A program made the translations under genes and the position numbers. A stretch of 41,503 nucleotides of DNA from a virus: positions 1 through 41,503 of IMG/VR virus record IMGVR_UViG_3300029811_000005, one strand, 5' to 3'. Of the stretch, positions 6,873-15,613 are shown piece after piece; position 1 is the stretch's first letter; every line of letters begins with the position of its first letter. Under the pieces are notes generated by a model, which ran no database searches, was not told the origin of the DNA, and saw only the letters and a program-made list of their open reading frames with translations.

Positions 6873-9634
6873 TTTGCCTCCAAGCAGATACAATCTATTT
6901 TCCACTCTTCTTGTAACTTCCCGATAACTACAGGCTGTTCTCTCAGCCCAACAGCGTCAAACAAAACGGTTCGTTCAACACCGTCTAATCCTGTTAAAGT
7001 CAATGGAGTTAAGCTCTCATCAAGCGTTTCTAAGTCCTTAATCTGTTGTGCTACGGTCTTATTAGAGAATCCACCAGAGCGGTTTACTCCGCTAACTCCT
7101 ACCTTCAAGCTCATTTCAATCAACCTTACCTTGCCCGCTATCCTTGAAATCAATTGTATGCCCCCGCCTTCACCGTATAGTATCGGGGTGTAATCATCGT
7201 CAGTAGAAGATAGGACAAACTTGAACCGTATTCTTTCGCTCGCCTTCTTAATAGGCATTACATCTATTATCTCTTCGGGGTAGTTACCGCTTATGACATC
7301 TTGGTTGGTGCATCTTTTGAGTAGTGTCCAGTTGGCACTAGTATCACAATCCCCGTCTCCCTTTAGCTGATAATAGACCGCAATCTCGCCGTCAGTTCTT
7401 ACCTTGCTCGTTACCTGTAACTCTTGAAAGTATTTGTTAAGGTTAGAGAAGGCGGTTCTATACCAGGGCGTGATGAAATCCCCTGGTGATTCTATCTCAT
7501 AGCCCACTTCGCTTGTCGGGTCGGCATAAGAGGTGGGGATTTGAATGTCTTTAAGATAGTATGTAGCGTCTCCTCCAAACTTGAGTTCAAGGAAATAAAG
7601 GGTTCTAGTAGTTGCTGTGGGATTATAAACTCGCACTCTTGCTTTCGTTACATCCTTCGTAGCACCTAGAGAATGGCTATGCCAGCCAGTTGCCTCCCAA
7701 GTATCTTGGTAGACATCATTCCAAGCACTGTCGTAATAAGCATCTATGTCTATTATTACCCCTAAATCTTTGAAATAATCTGCCCCATAATAAGAAATCC
7801 TACTAACAGACAGACTAGCGTGTGTTAATTCCAAATAATCACACCAACTATAAGCGGTTAGAAGAGCACTAGCAGAAGTGCCGACATCATCATCGTAAGC
7901 GTTTGTCTTATTATCCCAGCCACTTTCAGTATCAATAAATCCAGTAGGTGAGGTTTTGTCTGATAACAGATAATCCCCTATATATAATTTCTTACTCCCA
8001 ATAGCATTAGAAATAAGCATCGTTGATATTTCTTCTGCTGAATCTGTGCCGTCCCAGATAGGATGCCATCTCCAGTCTGTTGAACCGTCTATGGTCTCCC
8101 ACCTTCCAGAGAGGATAATACATCTCGCTGAGGTTTCAATGGCGATATATAAATAGTCTCCGTCACCAGCTAGAGCGGTAATCTTACCGTCGTATCTAGT
8201 GTCTCCGATAGCGAACCTCACGGGGGATAGTGCCTCCACCGTGCCGTTAGTAATATCGTATTCGTAAAGAGCGTTTACTCCAGAAGGTATGTATAATTTG
8301 TCCTTCCAGAAGTAGATGGGATAATCAATGTCCTTATTAGCTTCAACCTTCAATCCTTCTATTAAAGGTATGACGGAACTACCCGAGAGATAATAAAGCT
8401 GGTCTTCCTTGCGGGCAAATACGGTATCAGGGTGGTCAACCAGTCCTGTAATCTCGTAATAACTACCTGCTACCTTATAAGATGTGCTAAAGGCAGTTCC
8501 AGCGTTGATAGGATTATCGCTGTCCGTCATCGTATTCGTTGAATCGGTAATCCAGAATTGCCCGTCACCTACATTAGCCATATATTTAGCATTGGCTACT
8601 GTTGATATGGTGAAAGTTACAGCATCGTCTGTATACCAGAATTTGGCATCATACCCCTGTGCGATAAATAACCTCTGATAAGTCGGGTTAGTTCCGCCTG
8701 TTGCAGAGGGATTCTGATATACGCATAAATCCGTAATAGCTGCTGGAAACTCCATTATCACGCCTAAACCAGTAGAATCGTGCTTGAATAATAAGTCGCC
8801 ATAGGCATAGTAAACAGCACCTTCAAACTCTGCCATCGCTGTGCATTTAGCTAGAGTCCCGCTGTCTGTTGAGACTTTAATATCGTCAACATATAAGTAG
8901 TTATCACCAGTTAAATCGGTATAGGCTTTTATTCTTATTCTTGTAGCATCAGCGGCAAGAGTGACTTCCTTAGAAATTAAAGCGTAGCTAGTGCTGTTTA
9001 TGTCATCACTCCAGGTAGTGTTTCCGTCCTTGTCCTCAATGCCAATCTTGGCTAAACCAGTAGCAGTAGTGACTTTGCAGCGTGCCGATACTGTGAAAGT
9101 CTGGCTCTTGTTTGTAGCAGTAAAGGCTAAATCCTGGTATATTGAACCATCAGCCCCGTTATGCTGCATCTTAACGGCATAATCACCGTCATAAGCATCA
9201 TCGCCTGTTGCCTTTGCTACCGTTCCACCAGTAGTCCATCCCGTAGGAGTGTTGGCATCATCCCAGTCCTCAAAGTGGGAGTTCGTTATCTTCCTGTATA
9301 AATTAGAGGAAACATTCGTATCCGTATTCTTACCGCTTAATATAACCTTCCCTTTGAACCTTGCGTCTGTGTTGATCGCCCGATAATACTTAGTGGCATC
9401 GTCATACATTAAATCTTGTAAGCCACCTCTCCAATCCAACTGCTGAGTTACTATCTGCCTTTGCGGGGAATAATTCACATAAGACGCTTCCCCTGTAATC
9501 ATAGAAGCAGGAAGTAAGGAAATATCCGATACCCGCCACATCTTCTTGCCGTCTGATTCAGCGAGCTGATAACCGTAAGGAATGCCATCCTTTACAAAGG
9601 TTACGTCAAACGGGCTTGGTGAATTCCATCTCAT
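6869..9634 (-). CDS. Large distal tail / receptor-binding-type protein (921 aa) with a CBM4/9-like beta-sandwich segment and propeller-like repeats
   Basis: The track start at 9649 is TTG. ATG at 9634 overlaps the upstream TGA and has a GGGGGA SD. The segment NSHFEDWDDANTPTGWTTGG...YAVKM...IYQD resembles carbohydrate-binding modules. Recurrent LYY/LYE/LYI strands follow. Confidence 0.6.
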   Translation of the reverse strand: MRWNSPSPFDVTFVKDGIPYGYQLAESDGKKMWRVSDISLLPASMITGEASYVNYSPQRQIVTQQLDWRGGLQDLMYDDATKYYRAINTDARFKGKVILSGKNTDTNVSSNLYRKITNSHFEDWDDANTPTGWTTGGTVAKATGDDAYDGDYAVKMQHNGADGSIYQDLAFTATNKSQTFTVSARCKVTTATGLAKIGIEDKDGNTTWSDDINSTSYALISKEVTLAADATRIRIKAYTDLTGDNYLYVDDIKVSTDSGTLAKCTAMAEFEGAVYYAYGDLLFKHDSTGLGVIMEFPAAITDLCVYQNPSATGGTNPTYQRLFIAQGYDAKFWYTDDAVTFTISTVANAKYMANVGDGQFWITDSTNTMTDSDNPINAGTAFSTSYKVAGSYYEITGLVDHPDTVFARKEDQLYYLSGSSVIPLIEGLKVEANKDIDYPIYFWKDKLYIPSGVNALYEYDITNGTVEALSPVRFAIGDTRYDGKITALAGDGDYLYIAIETSARCIILSGRWETIDGSTDWRWHPIWDGTDSAEEISTMLISNAIGSKKLYIGDYLLSDKTSPTGFIDTESGWDNKTNAYDDDVGTSASALLTAYSWCDYLELTHASLSVSRISYYGADYFKDLGVIIDIDAYYDSAWNDVYQDTWEATGWHSHSLGATKDVTKARVRVYNPTATTRTLYFLELKFGGDATYYLKDIQIPTSYADPTSEVGYEIESPGDFITPWYRTAFSNLNKYFQELQVTSKVRTDGEIAVYYQLKGDGDCDTSANWTLLKRCTNQDVISGNYPEEIIDVMPIKKASERIRFKFVLSSTDDDYTPILYGEGGGIQLISRIAGKVRLIEMSLKVGVSGVNRSGGFSNKTVAQQIKDLETLDESLTPLTLTGLDGVERTVLFDAVGLREQPVVIGKLQEEWKIDCICLEAK

Positions 9635-9804
9635 CTTCGTTTCCCCCAAACTGCCTTCGGTAATTTAACCTCTCTAGGCCACGATGCTTTAATTTTTGTC
9701 TCATACTCCTCAAGCGTTATACCGTCTTTCTCTAGCTCTTTCAGGAGTTCGTCCTTATCCTTCTTTTTTAGCTTTGGGTAATCTTGGGCACTGTATAGTT
9801 TCAT
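9631..9804 (-). CDS. Hypothetical small protein (57 aa, Lys/Glu-rich)
   Basis: The internal ATG at 9804 overlaps the upstream TGA (ATGA). Confidence 0.5.
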   Translation of the reverse strand: MKLYSAQDYPKLKKKDKDELLKELEKDGITLEEYETKIKASWPREVKLPKAVWGKRR

Positions 9805-10850
9805 ACCGACCAGCTCCAATCAATCGGAATTTTATCAACCATTGGTGGCATAAACCTGTGTCTTATCCGATACCAGTAATCCCACTCCCATTTATCGGCT
9901 TGTGCCTTAAAGTCAGCGACTTCTGAAGAGTCAATAGTAGCAATCACCTTTCTATAGAGATTAGCAGCCCCCTTCAAGGCGATAATCTCAGCTTGCTCGT
10001 CTGTGTTTAACTCAGTAATGGAAACATCGGTAGTGAAAGCCACTAATTGTGATTGCCCCACACAAAGTATCAATTCGGTATCCTTGACATTAGCGTAGAA
10101 TTTAAGAATATCCCCAGTGATGACGCTGTAATTCAATGTTCTACTAGGAAATAAATTCTTGGCAATAAGATACTTATCATCAGCAGTCCAATACTTGTTA
10201 GTGCCAACAGAGCAGTCAGCTATAGCGGCTGTTACTGTTGTGGAATCATTATCGGTTATGGTTGCATAGCACCCGTCTGTGGTGTTATAAACAATATGCC
10301 CGATAAGTTCATCATCATCCCAATTTTGACTGCTATCGGTTAATTTAGTAGCCTCAGTAGCCCCAGTATGGTCTCCAGAATAACAGTCATGGATATACAA
10401 CTGCTGTGGTATCCCGCTGAAAGTATCTCCTATAATGCTTGTTAATAAATACTCTTGGTCTGTGCTGCCCTGCCCTAATAGAACCCCCGTTATCCTGTCG
10501 TAGAAGTAAGGGTAAGAATCCACTAAGGCACGGTTTATTGCAGCCAGTTTATCGGCAATAGAGAAGCGAGACAATGTATAAGCCTTGCTTGTTGCTACCT
10601 GTGCTGCAAAGGCTTCATATACGGTCAAAGTCCCGCTTGGTGATAGAAATGTCTTTACCTTCTTTTCTTCTAAGGCGACCGTCATATAGAGATACCAGTC
10701 TTGAAACCAGTCATCGGGGTATCTAGCTAAAGAAGCATCAATCGCTGTCTTCATATCGGTAGCACCATCAGCCGATGTAGTGCCACTGATAGCATTATCG
10801 CCTATTAGCTCGTCTAGTTTAGTCCGCACAACTAATAAAGTCTTACTCAT
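9801..10850 (-). CDS. Hypothetical virion (tail-associated) protein, 349 aa
   Basis: ORF track. It lies inside the tail gene block, and its start overlaps the upstream stop (TAATG). Confidence 0.55.
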   Translation of the reverse strand: MSKTLLVVRTKLDELIGDNAISGTTSADGATDMKTAIDASLARYPDDWFQDWYLYMTVALEEKKVKTFLSPSGTLTVYEAFAAQVATSKAYTLSRFSIADKLAAINRALVDSYPYFYDRITGVLLGQGSTDQEYLLTSIIGDTFSGIPQQLYIHDCYSGDHTGATEATKLTDSSQNWDDDELIGHIVYNTTDGCYATITDNDSTTVTAAIADCSVGTNKYWTADDKYLIAKNLFPSRTLNYSVITGDILKFYANVKDTELILCVGQSQLVAFTTDVSITELNTDEQAEIIALKGAANLYRKVIATIDSSEVADFKAQADKWEWDYWYRIRHRFMPPMVDKIPIDWSWSV

Positions 10851-11137
10851 TAAGTCACCTCTTCTACTATTTCAAAGATATATTCAGGCACATCAGTGTA
10901 AGAATCCTTTGCTAGAAAGGCGTGAGCTGTGTATTTGCCTAATACCGCTGTTGCCTCCGATGTGTAATCATAGGTATAAACACCTGGTGAGCTGTATCCC
11001 ATAGGTTGTTCATCCTCCACAAGTTGGCCGCTTGGGTCTTTTATGCTGATATTGTGAGTGGTAACATTGGTCAGCACACCTTCTACCCAGAATCTCACCC
11101 TTATTGGCACTGTTGCAGTTCTTCTGTATTTATCCAT
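10850..11137 (-). CDS. Hypothetical small beta-rich virion protein, 95 aa
   Basis: ORF track. It overlaps the end of the fibre gene by 8 nt. Confidence 0.5.
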   Translation of the reverse strand: MDKYRRTATVPIRVRFWVEGVLTNVTTHNISIKDPSGQLVEDEQPMGYSSPGVYTYDYTSEATAVLGKYTAHAFLAKDSYTDVPEYIFEIVEEVT

Positions 11138-14100
11138 CTCTTCTCCCTATCTCTGATTTATAAGTAGGACTTTTGTCCAGTTTTGACTTATATTGAGGAT
11201 TCCTTGACAACTCGGATTCGTAAGGTGTATGAGCGTCAAGGATTGATTTGGCGTTTATTCTTGTTATTAGTCTCCCGATAACTGTGGCTACTCCAGCAAC
11301 AAGCCCTGCTAACCTCTTTAGAATCTTGGTTGCTCCTGTAACCGTTGCCACGCCCGCCGATATTCCCGCTATCTTCTTACTGACTGGTAGATTACCCGCT
11401 ACCGTAGCAACCCCATAGATTACGCCTGCAAGATACTGAATATATCCTACAAATAATGTCCCACTAACCGTTGCTATTCCAGAGATAGTTCCTGCCAATT
11501 TATGAGTGACTTTTGTTGTCCCTGTTACAGAAGCTATCCCTGTGACAGCCCCCGCTATTTCACGGGTAACTTTAACAATTCCTGATACGGTGGCTAGTCC
11601 GCTTATAGCCCCAGCCAAGTATTTAATCCTCGTATAGGTTAAGTTGGCGACTACCGATGCAACACCAGCGGAGATTCCCGCCAGTTCCTTCAGAATCTTT
11701 ACCGCTCCTGATACTTCAGCGATTCCAGCTATCGTTCCTGCTACCCTACGAGTGGCTTTAACAGCCCCCGATACAGCGGCTATGCCCGCTATTATCCCTG
11801 CTAGATACTGAATACCAGCTGCTGTGTATCCAATAGTAAGTTTGGGCTGAAGGTCTGTATCATCAGTATATTCTTTGGAGTGGAACCACGAAGCAGCATA
11901 GTCCTCGTCCCCAGTAACTGTTTCATCTTCATACTTTAGTAAGAATTCAGCAGGGATTGTGTTATTATAAGCATCCTGCACAATTGCAAGAACATTCCAG
12001 GACATCCAACCGTAATCCGCAGGAACGACTATACTGTCTCCTGCAGGACTTGAGGTTACATAGTCTCCTCCGAATGCTGTCCAATCGGTAGTTCCCTTGT
12101 AATCATACCAATCAACCTCTAACTCTACCCAATCTGTATGGGTTTGTTTATATACCCAGATTGTCTTGCCTACTGGGTCATGAAACTGTCCAAAATAATA
12201 GTAAAGCTGCAAACTTGCTGAGGTTATTGTAGCATCAGCAGGAAGTTCTGATATATCAAATTCAAGGAGCGACCTCGTTACACTATTTATATAATCATAA
12301 CACTCTATCCAAACATAATTGCCAAAGTTAGAGTTGGGAGAGCCGTGAGAGATGTAGGCATCCTTTACAGTAGGCTGAACTACCAAAATGCGTGGTGTGG
12401 CTTTAGTTAAATCACCAACAACCGCTGCAATGCCCGCTACGGCTCCTGCTATCTTCTTACTAACGGGAAGATTACCAGTAACCGAGCATACGCCGCTGAC
12501 TATTCCTGCTAAATCCTTAATACCTGCTATACTTAAAGTGCCGACTACGGTCGCTACCCCGCTAGCTGTGCCTTTAATATATTCAATAAGCCCTGTGGTT
12601 AAAGAGCCTGAAACAGTAGCTATGCCAGTAACTACGCCTGCTAATGGGTGGATGCGGATTATCTTACCTGCTACAGTCGCTATACCCGCTATAACGCCAG
12701 CTAACTTTCTTGGTGGTTGGTATTCAATATGGAGTTTAGGTGCATAAGAAGGACCTAATGTGCCATCATAAGAACTTCCGCCTCGGCGACCATCGTAAAT
12801 GTGCGCACTTCTATCATCAAAGTCTTCCCAGAAGATAACTATGTCATTCCCAGACTCCCAGCCTTCCCTATTAACAATCTCTTGAATGACTGACTTGAAA
12901 TCAATACTATCATACCAATTACCTGCTACCTCAATGGGTATATTGTCCCAGTCTACTCTAGCAGTTGTCCTGTTTGCCCAACGAGCATCAAAGGCTACTT
13001 TATCATTAGTAAAGGTTGGAGCATCATCAATATCCTCAGCACTTATTCTTGTTCGAGAAACTTCATCACCACCAGCACCATAGTTCCCCTTAGCATATAC
13101 AGAGAAGTATGATTGAATAATGATTGCACCTGGAGGAGCTGTGATATTAGTATAGCGTGCACCAGTGCCATACATAGTTGCAGCCGTAGGAGTAGAACCG
13201 CCAGCCTCAAAGTAGGTGGGAGCTGTCTCAAAGGTATCTGCCCCAAGTCTTCTCTGCACATCATCACTACTCGCAGAAACTTGCCTATCAATTATTACAC
13301 TTCTTTTAAGAAGTCCTGCTACTGAAGCTACTCCATTAATAGCTCCTGCTATTTTCTTGAGAATACTAGCATCGCCAGTTATAGACGCTACGCCATTGAT
13401 AATCCCAGCTATCTTTTTGCTGACCTTTATAGCCCCTTCGACTCCTATTCCGCTTCCAGTGCCATAAAGACTGATAGTATAACCAGCATATAAAGTATAG
13501 GTTGCTTGGTCATTAGGGTCTATATGTTCACCTGCTGTATCCATACAACCTGCACCGCCAGTAGTAGTTCTCTCTAAAAGTGCTGTTCCCGATGATGTAT
13601 AACAACCAAGATAGTCGCCAGCCTCTGTAGCTAAGGAAAGACCAGTAAATGTTCGCTTAGCACCAGCGGCAACATCTCCTAGCACCACGCTATCTCGGCA
13701 TTTGTAGTCATTTCCAGATATAAGATAAAATGTTCCTACCCTGAAGCCAGTTATATTACTTGCAGCCCAAACTTCAATAGTATCTATTATCCCACTAGTA
13801 TTAGCAGGATTCTCTAAGTTAAAGCCTGTCCACCAAGCTTCCCAAGTTGCTGGTCTCTCTATTGCTGGAGCACCAATCTCTAATGCTGAAATACCACAAA
13901 CACTTAACCCTTTTAATAACCATTCGCCTGTTAGTGCTCCTGAAACCGCTGCCACACCAGCAGAAACCCCTACTAGATATTCAATGCCTGCTTCTTCCTG
14001 CAAGTCAAGGTTCTCAATATCAAACTCAGCGAAGTGTTGAGCTTGGCTTGCGTCCCAAGTATTGCAGGCAAAGACATACCGAAACTTATAGTCTGCGTGT

Positions 14101-14585
14101 AATTCTAATGTTAAAGTATCGTCTAAGTTTGTCCTGTCGCTATCAAGATAAATCTTGCAGGTAAGAGTGTTAGTAGGAGTGCTAATCTTTTTAAGGGTCA
14201 GGTAATATGGAGTGTTGTAAGCCGAATCGTATGAATCATTATAGCCATCTCCCAGATAGTCGTCATAGATTCTAAGATATACCAGCGTCTCGGTCCAAGA
14301 TATTGAATGGACTCGTATATTCGTCTTATCGGCAGTGCGTAATCCGCAAGCATCATCAAGGTCATTACTCAGCATCCAGGAGATTGCGTGTCTTGCCCAA
14401 TCCCCTGATACTGCGTTTATATCTATCTTGTGTTCAAAATCACCAAAGTGGTCAACACCTTCATCCCAATAGCGGTAGGCATCCTCATTCATCCAGGCAT
14501 CAAAGTCAATATGATTCGTGCCTACTAAATCTATATGGTTATTAGGGTCAACCTCTGTGGAAGTAGTGAAGTCTTTTACAGCCAA
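11130..14585 (-). CDS. Modular tail fibre-like protein (1151 aa) with a DNRLRE-type domain and four blocks of 20-22-aa (L/I)AGxIxG(I/V)AxVxG repeats
   Basis: ORF track. The DNRLRE-like stretch is VKDAYISHGSPNSNFGNY...RSLLEFDISELPADATITSASLQLYY (about aa 740-800). Repeat blocks lie at aa 200-220, 388-427, 627-727 and 925-1107. The C-terminus has a 3x P-x-Y-K/E-S decapeptide. Confidence 0.75.
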   Translation of the reverse strand: MAVKDFTTSTEVDPNNHIDLVGTNHIDFDAWMNEDAYRYWDEGVDHFGDFEHKIDINAVSGDWARHAISWMLSNDLDDACGLRTADKTNIRVHSISWTETLVYLRIYDDYLGDGYNDSYDSAYNTPYYLTLKKISTPTNTLTCKIYLDSDRTNLDDTLTLELHADYKFRYVFACNTWDASQAQHFAEFDIENLDLQEEAGIEYLVGVSAGVAAVSGALTGEWLLKGLSVCGISALEIGAPAIERPATWEAWWTGFNLENPANTSGIIDTIEVWAASNITGFRVGTFYLISGNDYKCRDSVVLGDVAAGAKRTFTGLSLATEAGDYLGCYTSSGTALLERTTTGGAGCMDTAGEHIDPNDQATYTLYAGYTISLYGTGSGIGVEGAIKVSKKIAGIINGVASITGDASILKKIAGAINGVASVAGLLKRSVIIDRQVSASSDDVQRRLGADTFETAPTYFEAGGSTPTAATMYGTGARYTNITAPPGAIIIQSYFSVYAKGNYGAGGDEVSRTRISAEDIDDAPTFTNDKVAFDARWANRTTARVDWDNIPIEVAGNWYDSIDFKSVIQEIVNREGWESGNDIVIFWEDFDDRSAHIYDGRRGGSSYDGTLGPSYAPKLHIEYQPPRKLAGVIAGIATVAGKIIRIHPLAGVVTGIATVSGSLTTGLIEYIKGTASGVATVVGTLSIAGIKDLAGIVSGVCSVTGNLPVSKKIAGAVAGIAAVVGDLTKATPRILVVQPTVKDAYISHGSPNSNFGNYVWIECYDYINSVTRSLLEFDISELPADATITSASLQLYYYFGQFHDPVGKTIWVYKQTHTDWVELEVDWYDYKGTTDWTAFGGDYVTSSPAGDSIVVPADYGWMSWNVLAIVQDAYNNTIPAEFLLKYEDETVTGDEDYAASWFHSKEYTDDTDLQPKLTIGYTAAGIQYLAGIIAGIAAVSGAVKATRRVAGTIAGIAEVSGAVKILKELAGISAGVASVVANLTYTRIKYLAGAISGLATVSGIVKVTREIAGAVTGIASVTGTTKVTHKLAGTISGIATVSGTLFVGYIQYLAGVIYGVATVAGNLPVSKKIAGISAGVATVTGATKILKRLAGLVAGVATVIGRLITRINAKSILDAHTPYESELSRNPQYKSKLDKSPTYKSEIGRRDG
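11265..11813 (-). repeat. Coding tandem repeat, 9 units of 60/66 nt (aa 925-1107 of the fibre)
   Basis: The (L/I/V)AG tripeptide recurs at aa 928, 948, 968, 990, 1010, 1030, 1052, 1072 and 1092. Confidence 0.8.
12405..12707 (-). repeat. Coding tandem repeat, about 5 units (aa 627-727 of the fibre)
   Basis: Same repeat family: RKLAGVIAGIATVAG / PLAGVVTGIATVSG / DLAGIVSGVCSVTG / KKIAGAVAGIAAVVG. Confidence 0.75.
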
Positions 14586-14915
14586 TTACTCCTCCACTAT
14601 GTTATCTACATCAACAGTCCAGTTGGTTGATTGCTTCAGGAGCTCTCTGTTAGCGAGCAATGGGGCGATAATCTTATTCTCGAACTCCTCAAAAAGCCGA
14701 GTAAAGTCATCCCATTGGTCTTTGGCTAACTGAGGCTTGTAGGGATACCGATTCTTTACTTTCTGAGGGAATTTATCCCATTGACTTTGAGTAAGCCCCA
14801 CCTTATACCACCTGCCCATACCGTTATGAATCAGTCTTAATAGCTCTTGAGCACGATAGCAGTATTCCGTTCGCCTTCTTGGACTATCACAATCTACTGG
14901 AAACCTTAATGCCAT
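14586..14915 (-). CDS. Hypothetical protein, 109 aa (possible fibre assembly factor, by position only)
   Basis: ORF track. GAAGGAGGA SD. Its stop abuts the fibre start. Confidence 0.55.
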   Translation of the reverse strand: MALRFPVDCDSPRRRTEYCYRAQELLRLIHNGMGRWYKVGLTQSQWDKFPQKVKNRYPYKPQLAKDQWDDFTRLFEEFENKIIAPLLANRELLKQSTNWTVDVDNIVEE

Positions 14916-15141
14916 AATCCTCCTTCAAAAGGGTAGTTCTCCTCTCCCCGTGCGGGAAGAAAACCAGTTCAGTTATAGGGAATCTTACCTCGTCATCTGG
15001 AGAGGGAGTTGCGCCGTTTATGATAACAGCCTTATTTATAAGCCATCTTCTAATCTGGCTATTAGACGCTCTCCCTGTTTTCTCCCTCTCAACAGAATCA
15101 GGCAGAAACTCCAGCCCCTTGAGAAACTGAAACGCTGTCAT
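14887..15141 (-). CDS. Hypothetical protein, 84 aa, with weak S4-like segment (SQIRRWLINKAVIING)
   Basis: ORF track. The start shares 1 nt with the upstream stop (TGATG). The S4 resemblance is by eye only. Confidence 0.5.
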   Translation of the reverse strand: MTAFQFLKGLEFLPDSVEREKTGRASNSQIRRWLINKAVIINGATPSPDDEVRFPITELVFFPHGERRTTLLKEDYGIKVSSRL

Positions 15142-15551
15142 CAGTCTTCCGTGACATCTAAATCGCCGACTGCAAATTTGGCAGTATCACCCGAGTCTAT
15201 GGTCTTGTTGGTTGTCAATTCAGCCCAGTAGAGCAAGTTACCAGCAGTCAGGTTGTCAAAGATACCAAAAGCACATATTGTGCCCCAGGATGCTGTAGCT
15301 TCCACAAAGGTTATCTCTGCACCGTTAGCCTTAGCACCCGCAGCTGCAGCAGGCCAGTTGGTGTCATTGTTGACAACTACCTTTCGAGCATAAGAACCAA
15401 CCTCCGTATTACACTCTGTTCCACCCCCAGCATCGCTTGGGTCTGCTGTGTATAAAGCTACATACACATTAGTTGGTGCTGTATAAGCAGCGTTGCCTAA
15501 TACGTGGTCTAATACCTCCAACTCCAAGAAATCACTTTTTGAACCAGCCAT
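15141..15551 (-). CDS. Conserved-looking hypothetical virion protein, 136 aa
   Basis: ORF track. Ala/Gly/Thr-rich beta-type composition, in the structural block. Confidence 0.55.
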   Translation of the reverse strand: MAGSKSDFLELEVLDHVLGNAAYTAPTNVYVALYTADPSDAGGGTECNTEVGSYARKVVVNNDTNWPAAAAGAKANGAEITFVEATASWGTICAFGIFDNLTAGNLLYWAELTTNKTIDSGDTAKFAVGDLDVTED

Positions 15552-15613
15552 TTGTTTTACCTCCCGTGTTTATTTTTATATTTACAGTGAATAATTCACT
15601 GGTTGCTTCCTTT

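Noticed and set aside
11265-11813. Regular 60/66-nt periodicity that could look like a CRISPR array or satellite
   Set aside because: The repeats lie in-frame inside a 1151-aa ORF and encode a conserved peptide motif. The units are diverged, with no spacer/repeat alternation.
12388-12747. Long + strand ORFs antisense to large genes (12388-12747, 21807-22259, 2071-2493, 39951-40334, 25050-25358 and similar)
   Set aside because: They are shadow ORFs inside well-supported minus-strand genes. They have low-complexity or Ser/Leu/Pro-rich translations, no SD and no promoter.
11130-14585. Diversity-generating retroelement targeting the fibre
   Set aside because: No reverse transcriptase gene and no template/variable repeat pair are visible anywhere in the genome.
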